A DNA stretch of 64,000 nt from the NCBI GenBank assembly GCA_963682135.1, contig OY821645.1, forward strand, positions 2,144,001-2,208,000, written 5' to 3'. Position numbers and translations under genes: made by a program. Below the pieces are notes generated by a model. It was not told where the DNA came from, did not search any database, and worked only from the letters and a program-made list of their open reading frames with translations. The first letter of the stretch is position 1, and the number at the start of each line of letters is the position of its first letter. This document shows positions 39,031 through 48,898 of this stretch, piece by piece. Origin of the DNA: Methanothrix sp. (GTDB lineage: Archaea > Halobacteriota > Methanosarcinia > Methanotrichales > Methanotrichaceae).

Positions 39031-39391
39031 CTCTAGCGAAAGCCTTATATCTCGGCAATTGACGTATAAGATGTTGGCGAAAGTCGATGGCCATCTTCCC
39101 TCCTACATCCAATTGACTTTCTCCTCCCTCCTTCTTATCCATCTTTCATGAGATCCATGTGCATATTAGTATTCAGGTTCTTCTGCTAAGGATTCTGCGG
39201 TTAGTTTCATCAGGCCTTCAATTATTTGATCGTCGGTTAAATCCTCATCGGAATTGATATCATGAGGAAGACAATCTTTTTGTATGCGAATTTCAGGCGC
39301 CAATACCTCAGGCATGCATGTTACTTAGGAGCCATATGTATATAAAGTTTGAATAATAAAGAAAAGACGCCAGGAACCCCTGTCCCGCCGT

Positions 39392-41524
39392 CTATCCGCC
39401 CTGCGCAGGCTCGTCCACCCCGCAGGCGGCGATCTTCTCAGCAAGCTTTGCCAGCACATCCTTTCTCATGCCGCCTACAAACTTGATCGATCCTACCACC
39501 AGGTGACCGCCTCCGGAGACGCCGCCATTGGGAATCTCCTCCATCAGCTCTTTGACCATCAGGGGAATGTTCATTTTCACAGCTTTGCTGCGCAGCACGG
39601 CAAAGTCCGGACCGTAGCCGATGGTGACAACGGGCTTTCCAGCATACTTCTTGCAGAGCCGATCGTGCACCTCGCCGGATGTCTTGCCGGGCGGAGGGAA
39701 GGTGAACTTGTGGGCGAAGTTCTCCACATCCAGCACATTCATGATAATGCCGTTGGGCAGTTTTGTGCTCTTCACATTGCCCATGCTGGCCCGCAGCTGC
39801 TCGTCAATGGCGGCATTGGCCTGCTCGCAGAGGAGCTCCACAATCCTCTGGTGTCGATCCAACCTGCCCAGACATAGGATATCGTTTATCATTCCTCGCC
39901 CGTCATTGAAGCGCTGCCAAAATGCCTCGTAGTCCAGGGCCAGAGCAATCTTCTTGAGGTCCTCATGGCTGTATTTGTCCTCAACCAGCTTTATGTAGGC
40001 TGACGCTTCCGGCGCTTCGCTTCTGTCGCCTACAGCCGATACAGCCGGAAAATGCCGAATCTTGCTCTCGACCGTGGGGTAGATCATGCGAGCGATTTCG
40101 GTGGCCAGCATGCCAGTGGTTAGACCGAAGTCGCCGCCGGCGTGCGCGGGATTGACATGAGCTATGAGAAACTGGTCCACGATCTTGTGAGGATGATGGT
40201 GATCGACGACCAGCATCTCCATGCCGTAGACCTGGGCCTGCCGCATGGCCGGAACATCCTCTTCCGTGGAGCCGTTGTCCATCAAAACGATGAGCGGCAT
40301 CTTCTGGCCATGCCTGGTCTGATCCTCCAGAGCATAGGTCAGATCCTTGGTCACATCCTCCAACTCGTAAAAGGGCGCTTTGCTGGGGGCGCGCCGGTAG
40401 TTGTGGTACTCGGCATCCGGCCCGCCAACCTCTGTGATGAGCGGCAAAATGGCCATCTCAATGGCGACAGCCGCCGTGATGCCATCGGCATCGGCATGAT
40501 GGCGCACCACGATGGGCTGGGACTTAAGGACCGCCCGGCGAATCTCCTTGGCCACCTGCTTCATGGCCGGCAAGAGCCTGGTCATGATCTCGCTCTTCAC
40601 CAGAAACTCGGTCTTCGAGGGCTCGGCGCGCAGGTCGATCGCCTGTTCAATCAGGTCTTTGACCATGGATGCCTCTTTGCCCCAGAGACGTTTCATGGAC
40701 TTGATCTCGACCTGGACCTGGTTGTTTCGCAGACTCACCTCTCCGATGACCCGCACCATCATATCGCTATCGATATCCGCGTAGGCCCGCACACCGGCCC
40801 TCTCAAAGGCGGCACAAAATACCAGACCGCTGTCATCCGCAATGGTGAAGATGGTAGGACCTCCCGTCTGCTTGACCTGGATGACCTCCCCCTTAATCAT
40901 GATCTGCTTTCCAACCCGGCTTTGCAGATCAGCCGTCTTGGATATCGGAAGCTCCTTTTCCACCTCAACAGTGTTGTACTCCTTCAGCTCTACCGGCTCC
41001 AGCTCGATATTGCCGTTCGCGAGAACATTTCGCACTGTGACAAAGATGCTCTCACCCACATCGGGCTTGCTCTTCAGATATTTGTTGTGGGCGAGCCCCC
41101 TCACGCTCTCGGAGAGATCCACAAAGGCCCCAAAGCTGGCGAGACCATTGACCTTTCCCTGATAAATCTCACCTATAACGATATCTTTGACATCGCAGGC
41201 AGGATCGAGAAGATGCACGAGCGGCTTTTTAGCACAGCGCTCGCATAGCTCTTTTTTACTGGAAAGCTTGGACTTGCACACGACGCACAGATACTCGCGC
41301 CCCAGACCGTGGCAAGCCGAACAGCTCTCTGTAACCGGCATCTTGCCAGAGCCCTGGCAGACGCTGCATTTAGTGGAGCCGCTATCAATAAGTTCTTTCA
41401 TATCCTTATCCGATGCCTCTCCCAGGGAGATGGAATCGGTCTTTCCGCTGCCACTGCAGTTGGGACAGGGCTTCTCTCCTACCACCAGGTAGCCCTTGCC
41501 CAGACAATTCTCGCACAGGTTCAT
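39392..41524 (-). CDS. Archaeal RecJ-like DHH phosphoesterase with DnaJ-type Zn finger, S1 and OB domains
   Basis: CxxCxGxG repeats, FGAFVDL (S1), HHADADG, VDHH, GGGH. Confidence 0.9.
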   Translation of the reverse strand: MNLCENCLGKGYLVVGEKPCPNCSGSGKTDSISLGEASDKDMKELIDSGSTKCSVCQGSGKMPVTESCSACHGLGREYLCVVCKSKLSSKKELCERCAKKPLVHLLDPACDVKDIVIGEIYQGKVNGLASFGAFVDLSESVRGLAHNKYLKSKPDVGESIFVTVRNVLANGNIELEPVELKEYNTVEVEKELPISKTADLQSRVGKQIMIKGEVIQVKQTGGPTIFTIADDSGLVFCAAFERAGVRAYADIDSDMMVRVIGEVSLRNNQVQVEIKSMKRLWGKEASMVKDLIEQAIDLRAEPSKTEFLVKSEIMTRLLPAMKQVAKEIRRAVLKSQPIVVRHHADADGITAAVAIEMAILPLITEVGGPDAEYHNYRRAPSKAPFYELEDVTKDLTYALEDQTRHGQKMPLIVLMDNGSTEEDVPAMRQAQVYGMEMLVVDHHHPHKIVDQFLIAHVNPAHAGGDFGLTTGMLATEIARMIYPTVESKIRHFPAVSAVGDRSEAPEASAYIKLVEDKYSHEDLKKIALALDYEAFWQRFNDGRGMINDILCLGRLDRHQRIVELLCEQANAAIDEQLRASMGNVKSTKLPNGIIMNVLDVENFAHKFTFPPPGKTSGEVHDRLCKKYAGKPVVTIGYGPDFAVLRSKAVKMNIPLMVKELMEEIPNGGVSGGGHLVVGSIKFVGGMRKDVLAKLAEKIAACGVDEPAQGG

Positions 41525-41629
41525 CCTGAAGAATGACGCACCTAAGGAATTTAGCTATTTTGCATTGGGTCTGGCGGATGAGCGCCAGAGATGGGGCCGA
41601 TTAAGACTAAATAAGATGCCAGATCTCCC

Positions 41630-42190
41630 GTGGGCATGCGAGTCGTGGTTTTGCGCATCGGCCACCGGCCGGAGAGAGACAAGAGGATCACTACCCATGT
41701 CGGCCTGGTGGCCAGGGCATTTGGAGCAGAAGAGATGCTTCTCTCCGGGCGCGATTCTCATGTGGAAGAGAGCCTGACCGATGTGGCGGAGCGCTGGGGT
41801 GGAGGCTTTCGGCTCCGTCCGGATGTCTCCTGGAAAGGAGAGACCGTGCGCTGGAAAGAGGCAGGAGGAAAAGTGGTTCATCTCACCATGTACGGCTCCA
41901 ACCTGCCCGATGTGATTGACGAGATTCGCGAATGTGAGAATATTCTGGTAGCTGTGGGCGCGGAGAAGGTTCCGGCGGAGATGTACGATCTGGCGGACTG
42001 GAATGTGGCTGTAGGCAATCAGCCCCATTCCGAAGTGGCGGCGCTGGCAGTCTTCCTGGATAGGCTCTTTATGGGCAGAGAGCTATACGATGCATTTGAG
42101 GGCGGACTTAAGATTGTGCCCAATCCACACGGAAAACAGGTTTTATATCCGGAATACTGCCCGGAAAAAAGTGAAGGGCAAGGGCCATAA
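41630..42190 (+). CDS. trm56: tRNA (cytidine56-2'-O)-methyltransferase
   Basis: LRIGHRPERDKRITTHV, HLTMYG, GAEKVP, NQPHSEVAALA. Confidence 0.95.
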   Translation: MGMRVVVLRIGHRPERDKRITTHVGLVARAFGAEEMLLSGRDSHVEESLTDVAERWGGGFRLRPDVSWKGETVRWKEAGGKVVHLTMYGSNLPDVIDEIRECENILVAVGAEKVPAEMYDLADWNVAVGNQPHSEVAALAVFLDRLFMGRELYDAFEGGLKIVPNPHGKQVLYPEYCPEKSEGQGP

Positions 42191-42202
42191 CCAAAAAGCA
42201 CC

Positions 42203-43345
42203 ATGAAAATACTAGTAATAGGCATCAACATTAGACACATTGCAGCCTCCGCTAGCCGGGCGGGCCATGAGGTCTTCGCTGTCGATTGTTACTGCGATGT
42301 GGACCTGGCGAGATTCGCAAAAGAGACTGCTAAGATGCCGCGCGAATGGACAAATGAGTCCCTCTCGTTTTATGTGGATAAGTTTCGCCCGGATGCCGTC
42401 GTCCTGGGACCGGGCCTGGAAGAAGCATCTGTCCGTACGGTAGTCGTGCTCAATAATCCTCCGGAAAAAACGGCCAGGGTATCAGATAAACTCTGGCTGG
42501 CCGGCTGGCTGGAAGAGAAGGGCTTTCCCTTCATAAAGACGCAGCCGCTCGATTCTCTGGATAATCCCCACTATCCCTTTCTGGTCAAGCCGCGCAAGGG
42601 TGCCGGAGGCGTGGGATGCAGAATTGTTGAGAAGGCAGCGCAGCTACAAATGCATGAGAAAGACCTCATCGCCCAGGAGCTGATCGTCGGCCGCCCCGCC
42701 AGTGTCTCCGTAATTGGGAATGGCGGCCAGGCGCGTGCCATCGCCGTCAACGAACAGCTCATCGGCGTGCCCTGGGCGGGGGCGAAAGGATTCAGGTACA
42801 GTGGCAACATCACGCCGCTCGCCCTCCCCCAGTGCGGAATAGAGCAGATGGCAGAAGAGATCATCTCGAAGCTGGGGCTTTTGGGCAGCAATGGAGTTGA
42901 TTTCCTGCTCACGGAGAAAGGTCCGGTTGTGGTCGAAGTAAATAGCCGTTTCCAGGGCAGCCTGGACACTGTGGAATTGTCCGGCGGGGTGAATGTGTTT
43001 CAGGCTCATCTGCAATCTTTTGGGGGAAGGATTCCCGAGCGTCCCGCCGCAGCGAGCTGCAGTGCAGGCAGAATCATCGTCTACGCCCCCTGTGACCTGA
43101 CCATTGAGACAGATCTGGTCAGAGACTGGACGGCAGATGTGCCTGGGAAGGGATCGCGAATAGCTGTAGACGATCCCATCCTGTCGATATTGGCCCGGGG
43201 ATCATGCCGAGATGATGTAATAGCCCAGCTAAAGACGAGAACAGCAATGCTCGGCGATCTGATAAAAAAACAGAATGCGAGATTACCAGGATACTACTCT
43301 GTAGAGCCAGTTGCTGACCAGCGTCCAGACCTTGACAAAGCCTGA
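42203..43345 (+). CDS. ATP-grasp domain protein (methanogen/C1-pathway type)
   Basis: KPRKGAGG, QELIVG, GSNGVDF, EVNSRFQGS. Confidence 0.85.
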   Translation: MKILVIGINIRHIAASASRAGHEVFAVDCYCDVDLARFAKETAKMPREWTNESLSFYVDKFRPDAVVLGPGLEEASVRTVVVLNNPPEKTARVSDKLWLAGWLEEKGFPFIKTQPLDSLDNPHYPFLVKPRKGAGGVGCRIVEKAAQLQMHEKDLIAQELIVGRPASVSVIGNGGQARAIAVNEQLIGVPWAGAKGFRYSGNITPLALPQCGIEQMAEEIISKLGLLGSNGVDFLLTEKGPVVVEVNSRFQGSLDTVELSGGVNVFQAHLQSFGGRIPERPAAASCSAGRIIVYAPCDLTIETDLVRDWTADVPGKGSRIAVDDPILSILARGSCRDDVIAQLKTRTAMLGDLIKKQNARLPGYYSVEPVADQRPDLDKA

Positions 43346-43468
43346 TCCTTTCTCCAGCTTTTTTTTGTCACTCTCGCTGTACTTTTTCCCATCCTTCATC
43401 CAAGAGTCCATGAAACTGGGTTTTTCGCGTTTGAATTTAACAATGTCGGTCTGCAGCGACCGCCCCAT
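43283..43468 (-). CDS. Small hypothetical protein
   Basis: 61-aa ORF, divergent from the RHH gene; overlaps the ATP-grasp 3' end. Confidence 0.45.
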   Translation of the reverse strand: MGRSLQTDIVKFKREKPSFMDSWMKDGKKYSESDKKKLEKGSGFVKVWTLVSNWLYRVVSW

Positions 43469-43584
43469 CGCAGATATCAGCTATAGGCAAACGGTTTCCG
43501 GCATCAGTATAAAAAGATAATGCTTGATAAAGATAATATAGCATAAGAGGAAAGGTATTGGCAGAGTTAGATGTTGGGGATTAA

Positions 43585-44133
43585 ATGAAGTCACCAGAGA
43601 GAATTACCATCGCATTAGATGAAGAAACAGTGGGTCTGTTCAAGAAGATGAAGGAAGACTTGGGCATGTCCCAGAGCGAGTTGATGCGAGAGTCCCTGAA
43701 GTTCTTTGGCAAACACAAGATGCTCTTCGAATTCGCCGAAGATAAGAAGGTTTACACCCATGCGGAAATGCTCTCTGCCGGAGAGCATGTGATCCTGGAT
43801 ATCGATCACTGGATACTGTTTCTAAGCTTTATTGAAACTCATCCGGACAAAGAGCGATTCTGGAATCTGCATAAAGAGGTCTGCCGAGCCCATGCAGAGC
43901 AATTCAAGCACAAGCTCCTCAATGTGGAGAGCATTTTGAGAAGGCTTGAGATCTGCAACCTATTCAATATGAGCAAGACCGGCAAGAGCGAGTTCACCCT
44001 CATCTTCGGCTCAGATGCCCCCAAGAAATTCGTGCGCATCGAGCTGGAGGAGATCTTTGCCGGCATGGGCTTCCTGGTTGAGATTAAGGATGACTTCTCA
44101 AAGCTGAGGGTCAAAGTAATCCATGATCTTTAG
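43585..44133 (+). CDS. Ribbon-helix-helix (CopG-like) regulator with C-terminal ligand-binding-like domain
   Basis: RITIALDEE...SQSELMRESL. Confidence 0.8.
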   Translation: MKSPERITIALDEETVGLFKKMKEDLGMSQSELMRESLKFFGKHKMLFEFAEDKKVYTHAEMLSAGEHVILDIDHWILFLSFIETHPDKERFWNLHKEVCRAHAEQFKHKLLNVESILRRLEICNLFNMSKTGKSEFTLIFGSDAPKKFVRIELEEIFAGMGFLVEIKDDFSKLRVKVIHDL

Positions 44134-44174
44134 CACCACTACCAATTTAAGGGATGAATAAGACTGGTTGATCC

Positions 44175-44660
44175 ATGGATCTCAAAGCCCAGGTGCAGGG
44201 ATTCATGGCCAGGAAAGAGGAGCAGCTTAGCGATGAGCTTGCCAGCAAGTACAGTGTTCCCTTAGCGGAGGTGGCAGACGTAGTAAATTCCTTTTTAAAG
44301 GATACCTACGGACCGGCGATAAGGCAGGCCCAGGCCATCGATCGCATGGGGGGGGGAATGGTGCTGCTCTTTATCGGCAGAAAGGACTGCAACATCTGCA
44401 AGAGATGCGAGCCTATTCTCGAGAGCTTTCTCTCCCAGCACACCGATTTGCAGCTGGTAAAACTGGATTATTGTCAGCCATCAGGTCTGCTCTATCATAT
44501 GATCCATTGTCAGAAGAATGGCATGCTTCCGTTGATTGCTTTTATTTTAAATGGTGCGATAAAGAAGAACTTTACTGGGGAGTGCCTTAACACGGAAGTT
44601 TATGAAAGATATTATAATGACATGCTGGCCGAATGCAGCCAAAATATATATGCTCACTGA
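44175..44660 (+). CDS. Thioredoxin-fold protein
   Basis: FIGRKDCNIC, MLP cis-Pro region. Confidence 0.7.
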   Translation: MDLKAQVQGFMARKEEQLSDELASKYSVPLAEVADVVNSFLKDTYGPAIRQAQAIDRMGGGMVLLFIGRKDCNICKRCEPILESFLSQHTDLQLVKLDYCQPSGLLYHMIHCQKNGMLPLIAFILNGAIKKNFTGECLNTEVYERYYNDMLAECSQNIYAH

Positions 44661-44687
44661 GGTTACAGAATTGCTGCGAGGGAGATT

Positions 44688-45356
44688 ATGACCTTAATCG
44701 TACTCAACTTCAAGACTTATCGTGAATCGACCGGCCCAGAGGCTCTACGCCTGGCGGAGATATGCGAGGACATTTCCCGGGATTATTCCGTGCAAATTGT
44801 GGTAGCGCCCCAGGTAGCCGATATACAGGCCATCTCTAAAGCCGTCAAGATACCAATCTATGCCCAGCATGTAGACGGGGTAGGCTATGGCGGCTTTACG
44901 GGCCATGTGACTGCCGCGTCCTTGAAAGCCGCAGGAGCGGCAGGATCGCTCATAAATCACTCTGAGCGAAGGCTCAAGCTGGCCGATATCGATGCATCCA
45001 TCACCGCAGCTCGTCAGGCAGGCCTGAAGACTATTGTCTGCACTAACAATGTGGCTACGACTCGTGCCTCGGCTGCCCTTGAGCCTGACTATGTGGCCGT
45101 GGAACCACCGGAGTTGATCGGCAGCGGCATTCCCGTATCCAAGGCCAATCCACTGGTCATCTCCCAGTCGGTTGATGCCGTCAAGAGCATTGCACCAGGG
45201 GTCGGCGTACTCTGTGGTGCAGGAATAACACACGGCGAAGATCTGAGAAGCGCCCTGGAGCTGGGATCGATTGGCGTCTTGCTCGCGTCCGGGATTATCA
45301 AAGCAAAAGACCAGCGCAAGGCTCTAGAAGATCTGGTGACGGGTGCCAGGAAATGA
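44688..45356 (+). CDS. tpiA: Triosephosphate isomerase (archaeal type)
   Basis: NFKTY, NHSERR, AVEPPELIGSG, CGAGI. Confidence 0.96.
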   Translation: MTLIVLNFKTYRESTGPEALRLAEICEDISRDYSVQIVVAPQVADIQAISKAVKIPIYAQHVDGVGYGGFTGHVTAASLKAAGAAGSLINHSERRLKLADIDASITAARQAGLKTIVCTNNVATTRASAALEPDYVAVEPPELIGSGIPVSKANPLVISQSVDAVKSIAPGVGVLCGAGITHGEDLRSALELGSIGVLLASGIIKAKDQRKALEDLVTGARK

Positions 45357-45622
45357 TCGCGGTGCACGTTCGTGTTTCGGGTCGAGTGCAGGGCGTTTTC
45401 TATCGCGCCTTTACTCAAGAGCGAGCACGAGCCCTGGGGGTTAAAGGATGGGTCCGCAACATTCCCGGCGGCGGAGTGGATGCAGTACTGGAGGGCGAGA
45501 GAAAGCAGGTTGGGGAGCTGCTCAAAGCCATGAAATCGGGACCCACTGGCTCCATAATCTTGGGGATGGAGTTCTCAGAGTTGGAAAGCAAAGGGTATGA
45601 AGACTTTGCGATAGAGTATTAA
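45353..45622 (+). CDS. acyP: Acylphosphatase
   Basis: SGRVQGVFYR, GWVRN. Confidence 0.92.
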   Translation: MIAVHVRVSGRVQGVFYRAFTQERARALGVKGWVRNIPGGGVDAVLEGERKQVGELLKAMKSGPTGSIILGMEFSELESKGYEDFAIEY

Positions 45623-45646
45623 TAATAATTTATAGGATGTGATCTC

Positions 45647-45817
45647 ATGCTTACCGTCAATAGATACAAATGCTGCTACTGTGGTGCCTGCGTCGGAGTC
45701 TGCCCGACATGCGCCCTGGAGTTAGTGGAGACTTGGCTAGAGGTCTCGGCAGAGTGTAAGGAGTGCGGCCTGTGCACCAAGATATGCCCTGTGGGAGCCC
45801 TAGGGGTCAAGGCATGA
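45647..45817 (+). CDS. 2x[4Fe-4S] ferredoxin (not in the ORF track)
   Basis: Manual translation MLTVNRYKCCYCGACVGVCP...CKECGLCTKICPVGAL; stop overlaps the GGR start (ATGA). Confidence 0.92.
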   Translation: MLTVNRYKCCYCGACVGVCPTCALELVETWLEVSAECKECGLCTKICPVGALGVKA

Positions 45818-46989
45818 AGTGCGACTTGATAGTGGTAGGGGGCGGTCCCGGCGGATCTATGGCTGCAAAGACGGCAGCTTCAGCAGGCCTTAAGGTCGTC
45901 ATGCTGGAGAAACGCCAGGAGATTGGAGATCCCGTGCGCTGCGCGGAGGGCGTCAGCAAGAGAGCCCTGTGCCGCATGTTGAAGCCTGAGCCGGAATGGA
46001 TCTCTTCCGAGGTAAAGGGGGCCAGAATCTATGCACCGGACGGAAGAAGCATCGTCATGTCCGAAGATAAGAGCGGCGACGAGGTGGGCTACGTCCTGCA
46101 GAGGAAGATCTTCGATAGGGGCCTCGCCATGCAGGCTGCAACGGCGGGAGCCAAGGTATTGGTCAAGACCAGGGCTTTGGGTCTGCTCAAGAAGGATGGA
46201 GTAATCAGTGGTGTGTCCGCACTTCGCATTGGAGAGCCCCTGCAGATCGAAGCGCCCCTGATCATCGGTGCAGACGGGGTGGAGTCCAAGGTGGGACGCT
46301 GGGCGGGCATTGATACCACTTTGAAGTTGCAAGATATCGAATCTTGTGCCCAGTTCCTGGTGCATGATGCATCCATTGATAACGAATACACAGAGTTCTT
46401 TTTAGGAAACAGCATAGCGCCTTCAGGATATGCCTGGTCTTTTCCCAAGGGCGAGAAGCTGGCTAACATTGGTCTGGGAATTCAGGGCTCGCGCTCCAAG
46501 CCTGGTGAAGCAGTGCGGCTGCTGCGGCAGTTAATGAAATCACGATTTCCCAATGGCAAGGTTGTGGAGATGGTAGTGGGAGGAGACCCCTGTTCCGGTC
46601 CCATTGACTGTGCAATCACCGATAGCGTGATGCTGGTGGGAGATGCCGCTCATCAGACCGATCCACTCACGGGAGGAGGCATTCTCAATGCCATGCAGGC
46701 AGGAATCATCGCCGGAGAGGTAGCGGCAAAAGCTATAGCTGCAGGAAATGTCCGCCGATCCGGGCTGCAAGAGTACGAAGACCGCTGGCGAAACGGGTTT
46801 GGCAAGGTTATTGCCAGGAGCTTCCAGTTCAAAGAGTTCTTCGTCAAGCTTACGGATAACGACATGAACCTGCTCATAGGATCTCTGGCCAAGGAGGACA
46901 TAACCAAGATGGACCTGCCGGACATGCTACGCGTTCTCTTCCGGCTCAACCCGAAGCTGCTCTGGGGGCTGAAAAGTCTGATAATTTGA
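45814..46989 (+). CDS. Digeranylgeranylglycerophospholipid reductase (GGR)
   Basis: GGGPGG, PVRCAEG, GYAWSFPKG, GDAA..TGGGI; ferredoxin-GGR pairing as in Methanosarcina. Confidence 0.92.
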   Translation: MKCDLIVVGGGPGGSMAAKTAASAGLKVVMLEKRQEIGDPVRCAEGVSKRALCRMLKPEPEWISSEVKGARIYAPDGRSIVMSEDKSGDEVGYVLQRKIFDRGLAMQAATAGAKVLVKTRALGLLKKDGVISGVSALRIGEPLQIEAPLIIGADGVESKVGRWAGIDTTLKLQDIESCAQFLVHDASIDNEYTEFFLGNSIAPSGYAWSFPKGEKLANIGLGIQGSRSKPGEAVRLLRQLMKSRFPNGKVVEMVVGGDPCSGPIDCAITDSVMLVGDAAHQTDPLTGGGILNAMQAGIIAGEVAAKAIAAGNVRRSGLQEYEDRWRNGFGKVIARSFQFKEFFVKLTDNDMNLLIGSLAKEDITKMDLPDMLRVLFRLNPKLLWGLKSLII

Positions 46990-47049
46990 TTTATCCCAAA
47001 AAGTAATACCCCGCAGCTCTGCTGCTGGGTATTACTTCGGATAAATCAA
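46986..47049. repeat. Long imperfect palindrome
   Basis: ttgatttatcc/ggataaatcaa outer arms, aagtaataccc/gggtattactt and gcagc/gctgc inner arms. Confidence 0.75.
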
Positions 47050-47326
47050 TCATTTATTTTTTTGTCGTATTATATACATAACTGCCATGAGGCAGGATAT
47101 TGCAGATAACATCTCAAATTCTGGCGTGGTTTGTTGCTCCGTCGCATCCTTGACAATTATTCGAGTATGTTGTATTCGTATACAAATATATTTTAAATAT
47201 GGGGGCATTTTGAGAAATAGCCAAAAATCGGGATATATATTAACGAACGCTTTGACTAATATAGTAACCCGATTTTCGTACCAACACTATTATCCTTGAT
47301 TGTATTATGCATTAAATCCCATATGA

Positions 47327-48241
47327 CTAATTCCGTATTATATAGCTGATGAGATATTTAGTTTTCTCGTCCAATTCTGCGGCCATAACCTCATAAATTT
47401 CAGGATAGCGTTTCATGCAGAATACCAAGAGATTTGCAACCCGATTTATATTATGTGGACAAGACGATGGCAATTCTATAATCCTGGAAAACATGTTATT
47501 ATGGATGGCCCCATATTGGAGCAATAATCCTGATAACTGAACTTTTGGTGCTAGTTCATTACCGACGAACAGTTTATCTAAAGCAATAAGTGCAGGCTTT
47601 AAGTCATGGCAAACAGCTAGGCCAATTTGATCTCCACTATAATGAGTTGCTCTCTCATAAGGGTAAAGCAATAAATTAAATATCGCAAATTTTTCTATAG
47701 AGTCTATTAATATACGTATATATGTAAACCTCAAATGTTTTGCTTTTAGATGACCAACGAACCGAGCAATTATCCAAGTTAATTGCAAAAGATTTGGATC
47801 ATCAATCATATCTTCCAACAACTCTGAATAAAGAATTATCACTTTCATCCTAAATAGTTTTATCAAAATACTGTTTACTTCTCCTTTATCTACTATATAT
47901 ATATCAATGTTTTCCGGATAATCAAGAGTATCTCTTATTTGATTGACTAGCAGATTTACTTGAGGAAAATTATCTTCAGAGACCTTAACGCTATTGCTAA
48001 TTAGCTCTGCCTTAAGGATCTCAGATAAAAACCAAGCTCCTAATATTATTGACCCAATTACTAATATAAGATAAGGTGTATACCATACGAGAGTGAGAAG
48101 CACAATTATCACTACAGCAATTGTCGCTAATGCTAATTTAAATCGTGATTCTTCTGTAGGATGGCATAAATCACTAACGTCGAGTTTCTGTTTCGCCGTT
48201 GGATTTTGTTCACCTTTTTCGAGCTTCAAATCTATCGCCAT
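47327..48241 (-). CDS. M48/HtpX-like membrane protein lacking HExxH
   Basis: Two N-terminal TMs, VKVSEDNFPQV, EVNS, IIARFVGHLK, YSGDQIG, CPHNINRV; AT-rich. Confidence 0.7.
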   Translation of the reverse strand: MAIDLKLEKGEQNPTAKQKLDVSDLCHPTEESRFKLALATIAVVIIVLLTLVWYTPYLILVIGSIILGAWFLSEILKAELISNSVKVSEDNFPQVNLLVNQIRDTLDYPENIDIYIVDKGEVNSILIKLFRMKVIILYSELLEDMIDDPNLLQLTWIIARFVGHLKAKHLRFTYIRILIDSIEKFAIFNLLLYPYERATHYSGDQIGLAVCHDLKPALIALDKLFVGNELAPKVQLSGLLLQYGAIHNNMFSRIIELPSSCPHNINRVANLLVFCMKRYPEIYEVMAAELDEKTKYLISYIIRN

Positions 48242-48898
48242 AATAAAAAAACACCTACTAATATTATATTTTCGTTATCAGTTAAGTGATCGATTCTTTC
48301 AGTTGTCATGATCATCATTATATATTTATCACACTAATTCATACTTATTTCATATACATATAATAAGGTTACGCTGTGTTGTTGCATAATTGTATTTATG
48401 TTTATTTAATAACTATTAACTTATTCTATGTAAATACATTGTGGTTGGCCCAAATATGATGAGAACCTAGTTGTGTGAGTCTAGGTTGTCCGCCAAAAAA
48501 GATTTTTTTTGCAGTGTGCCGAGTTTTCTGTAAAATTTCCTGCCACACATAACCTCGTAGGCTAATAACCTCAAAGAACAACATTCTGAACCCCATGCGG
48601 ATCACTGCAACTCATTGCAATTAGATGAGCTTCGAAATCCCAATCTCAATTTTTAGAAGAAATTTGACTTCTCGTTTATTGTTGAGAGCAACGTCAATTC
48701 CATCCTCAAAAAAATCGCGTATTAACGTGATCAGTCTTTTCATACTTATTTTCAGCACGCGATCTATTCTACCATTAGTCGAACGTATTGCCCAGTATTC
48801 GAAGTGTCGTTGCTCGCTATTAGAACGCGTCACAATGTACTCTGCGCAGCCATAATTCTGACGAGGCCCTAGCTATTTTCAGCACTGCTCAAAATTAT

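Noticed and set aside
48621-48855. Overlapping 70-aa and 76-aa ORFs as a transposase remnant
   Set aside because: No recognisable motif or terminal repeats.
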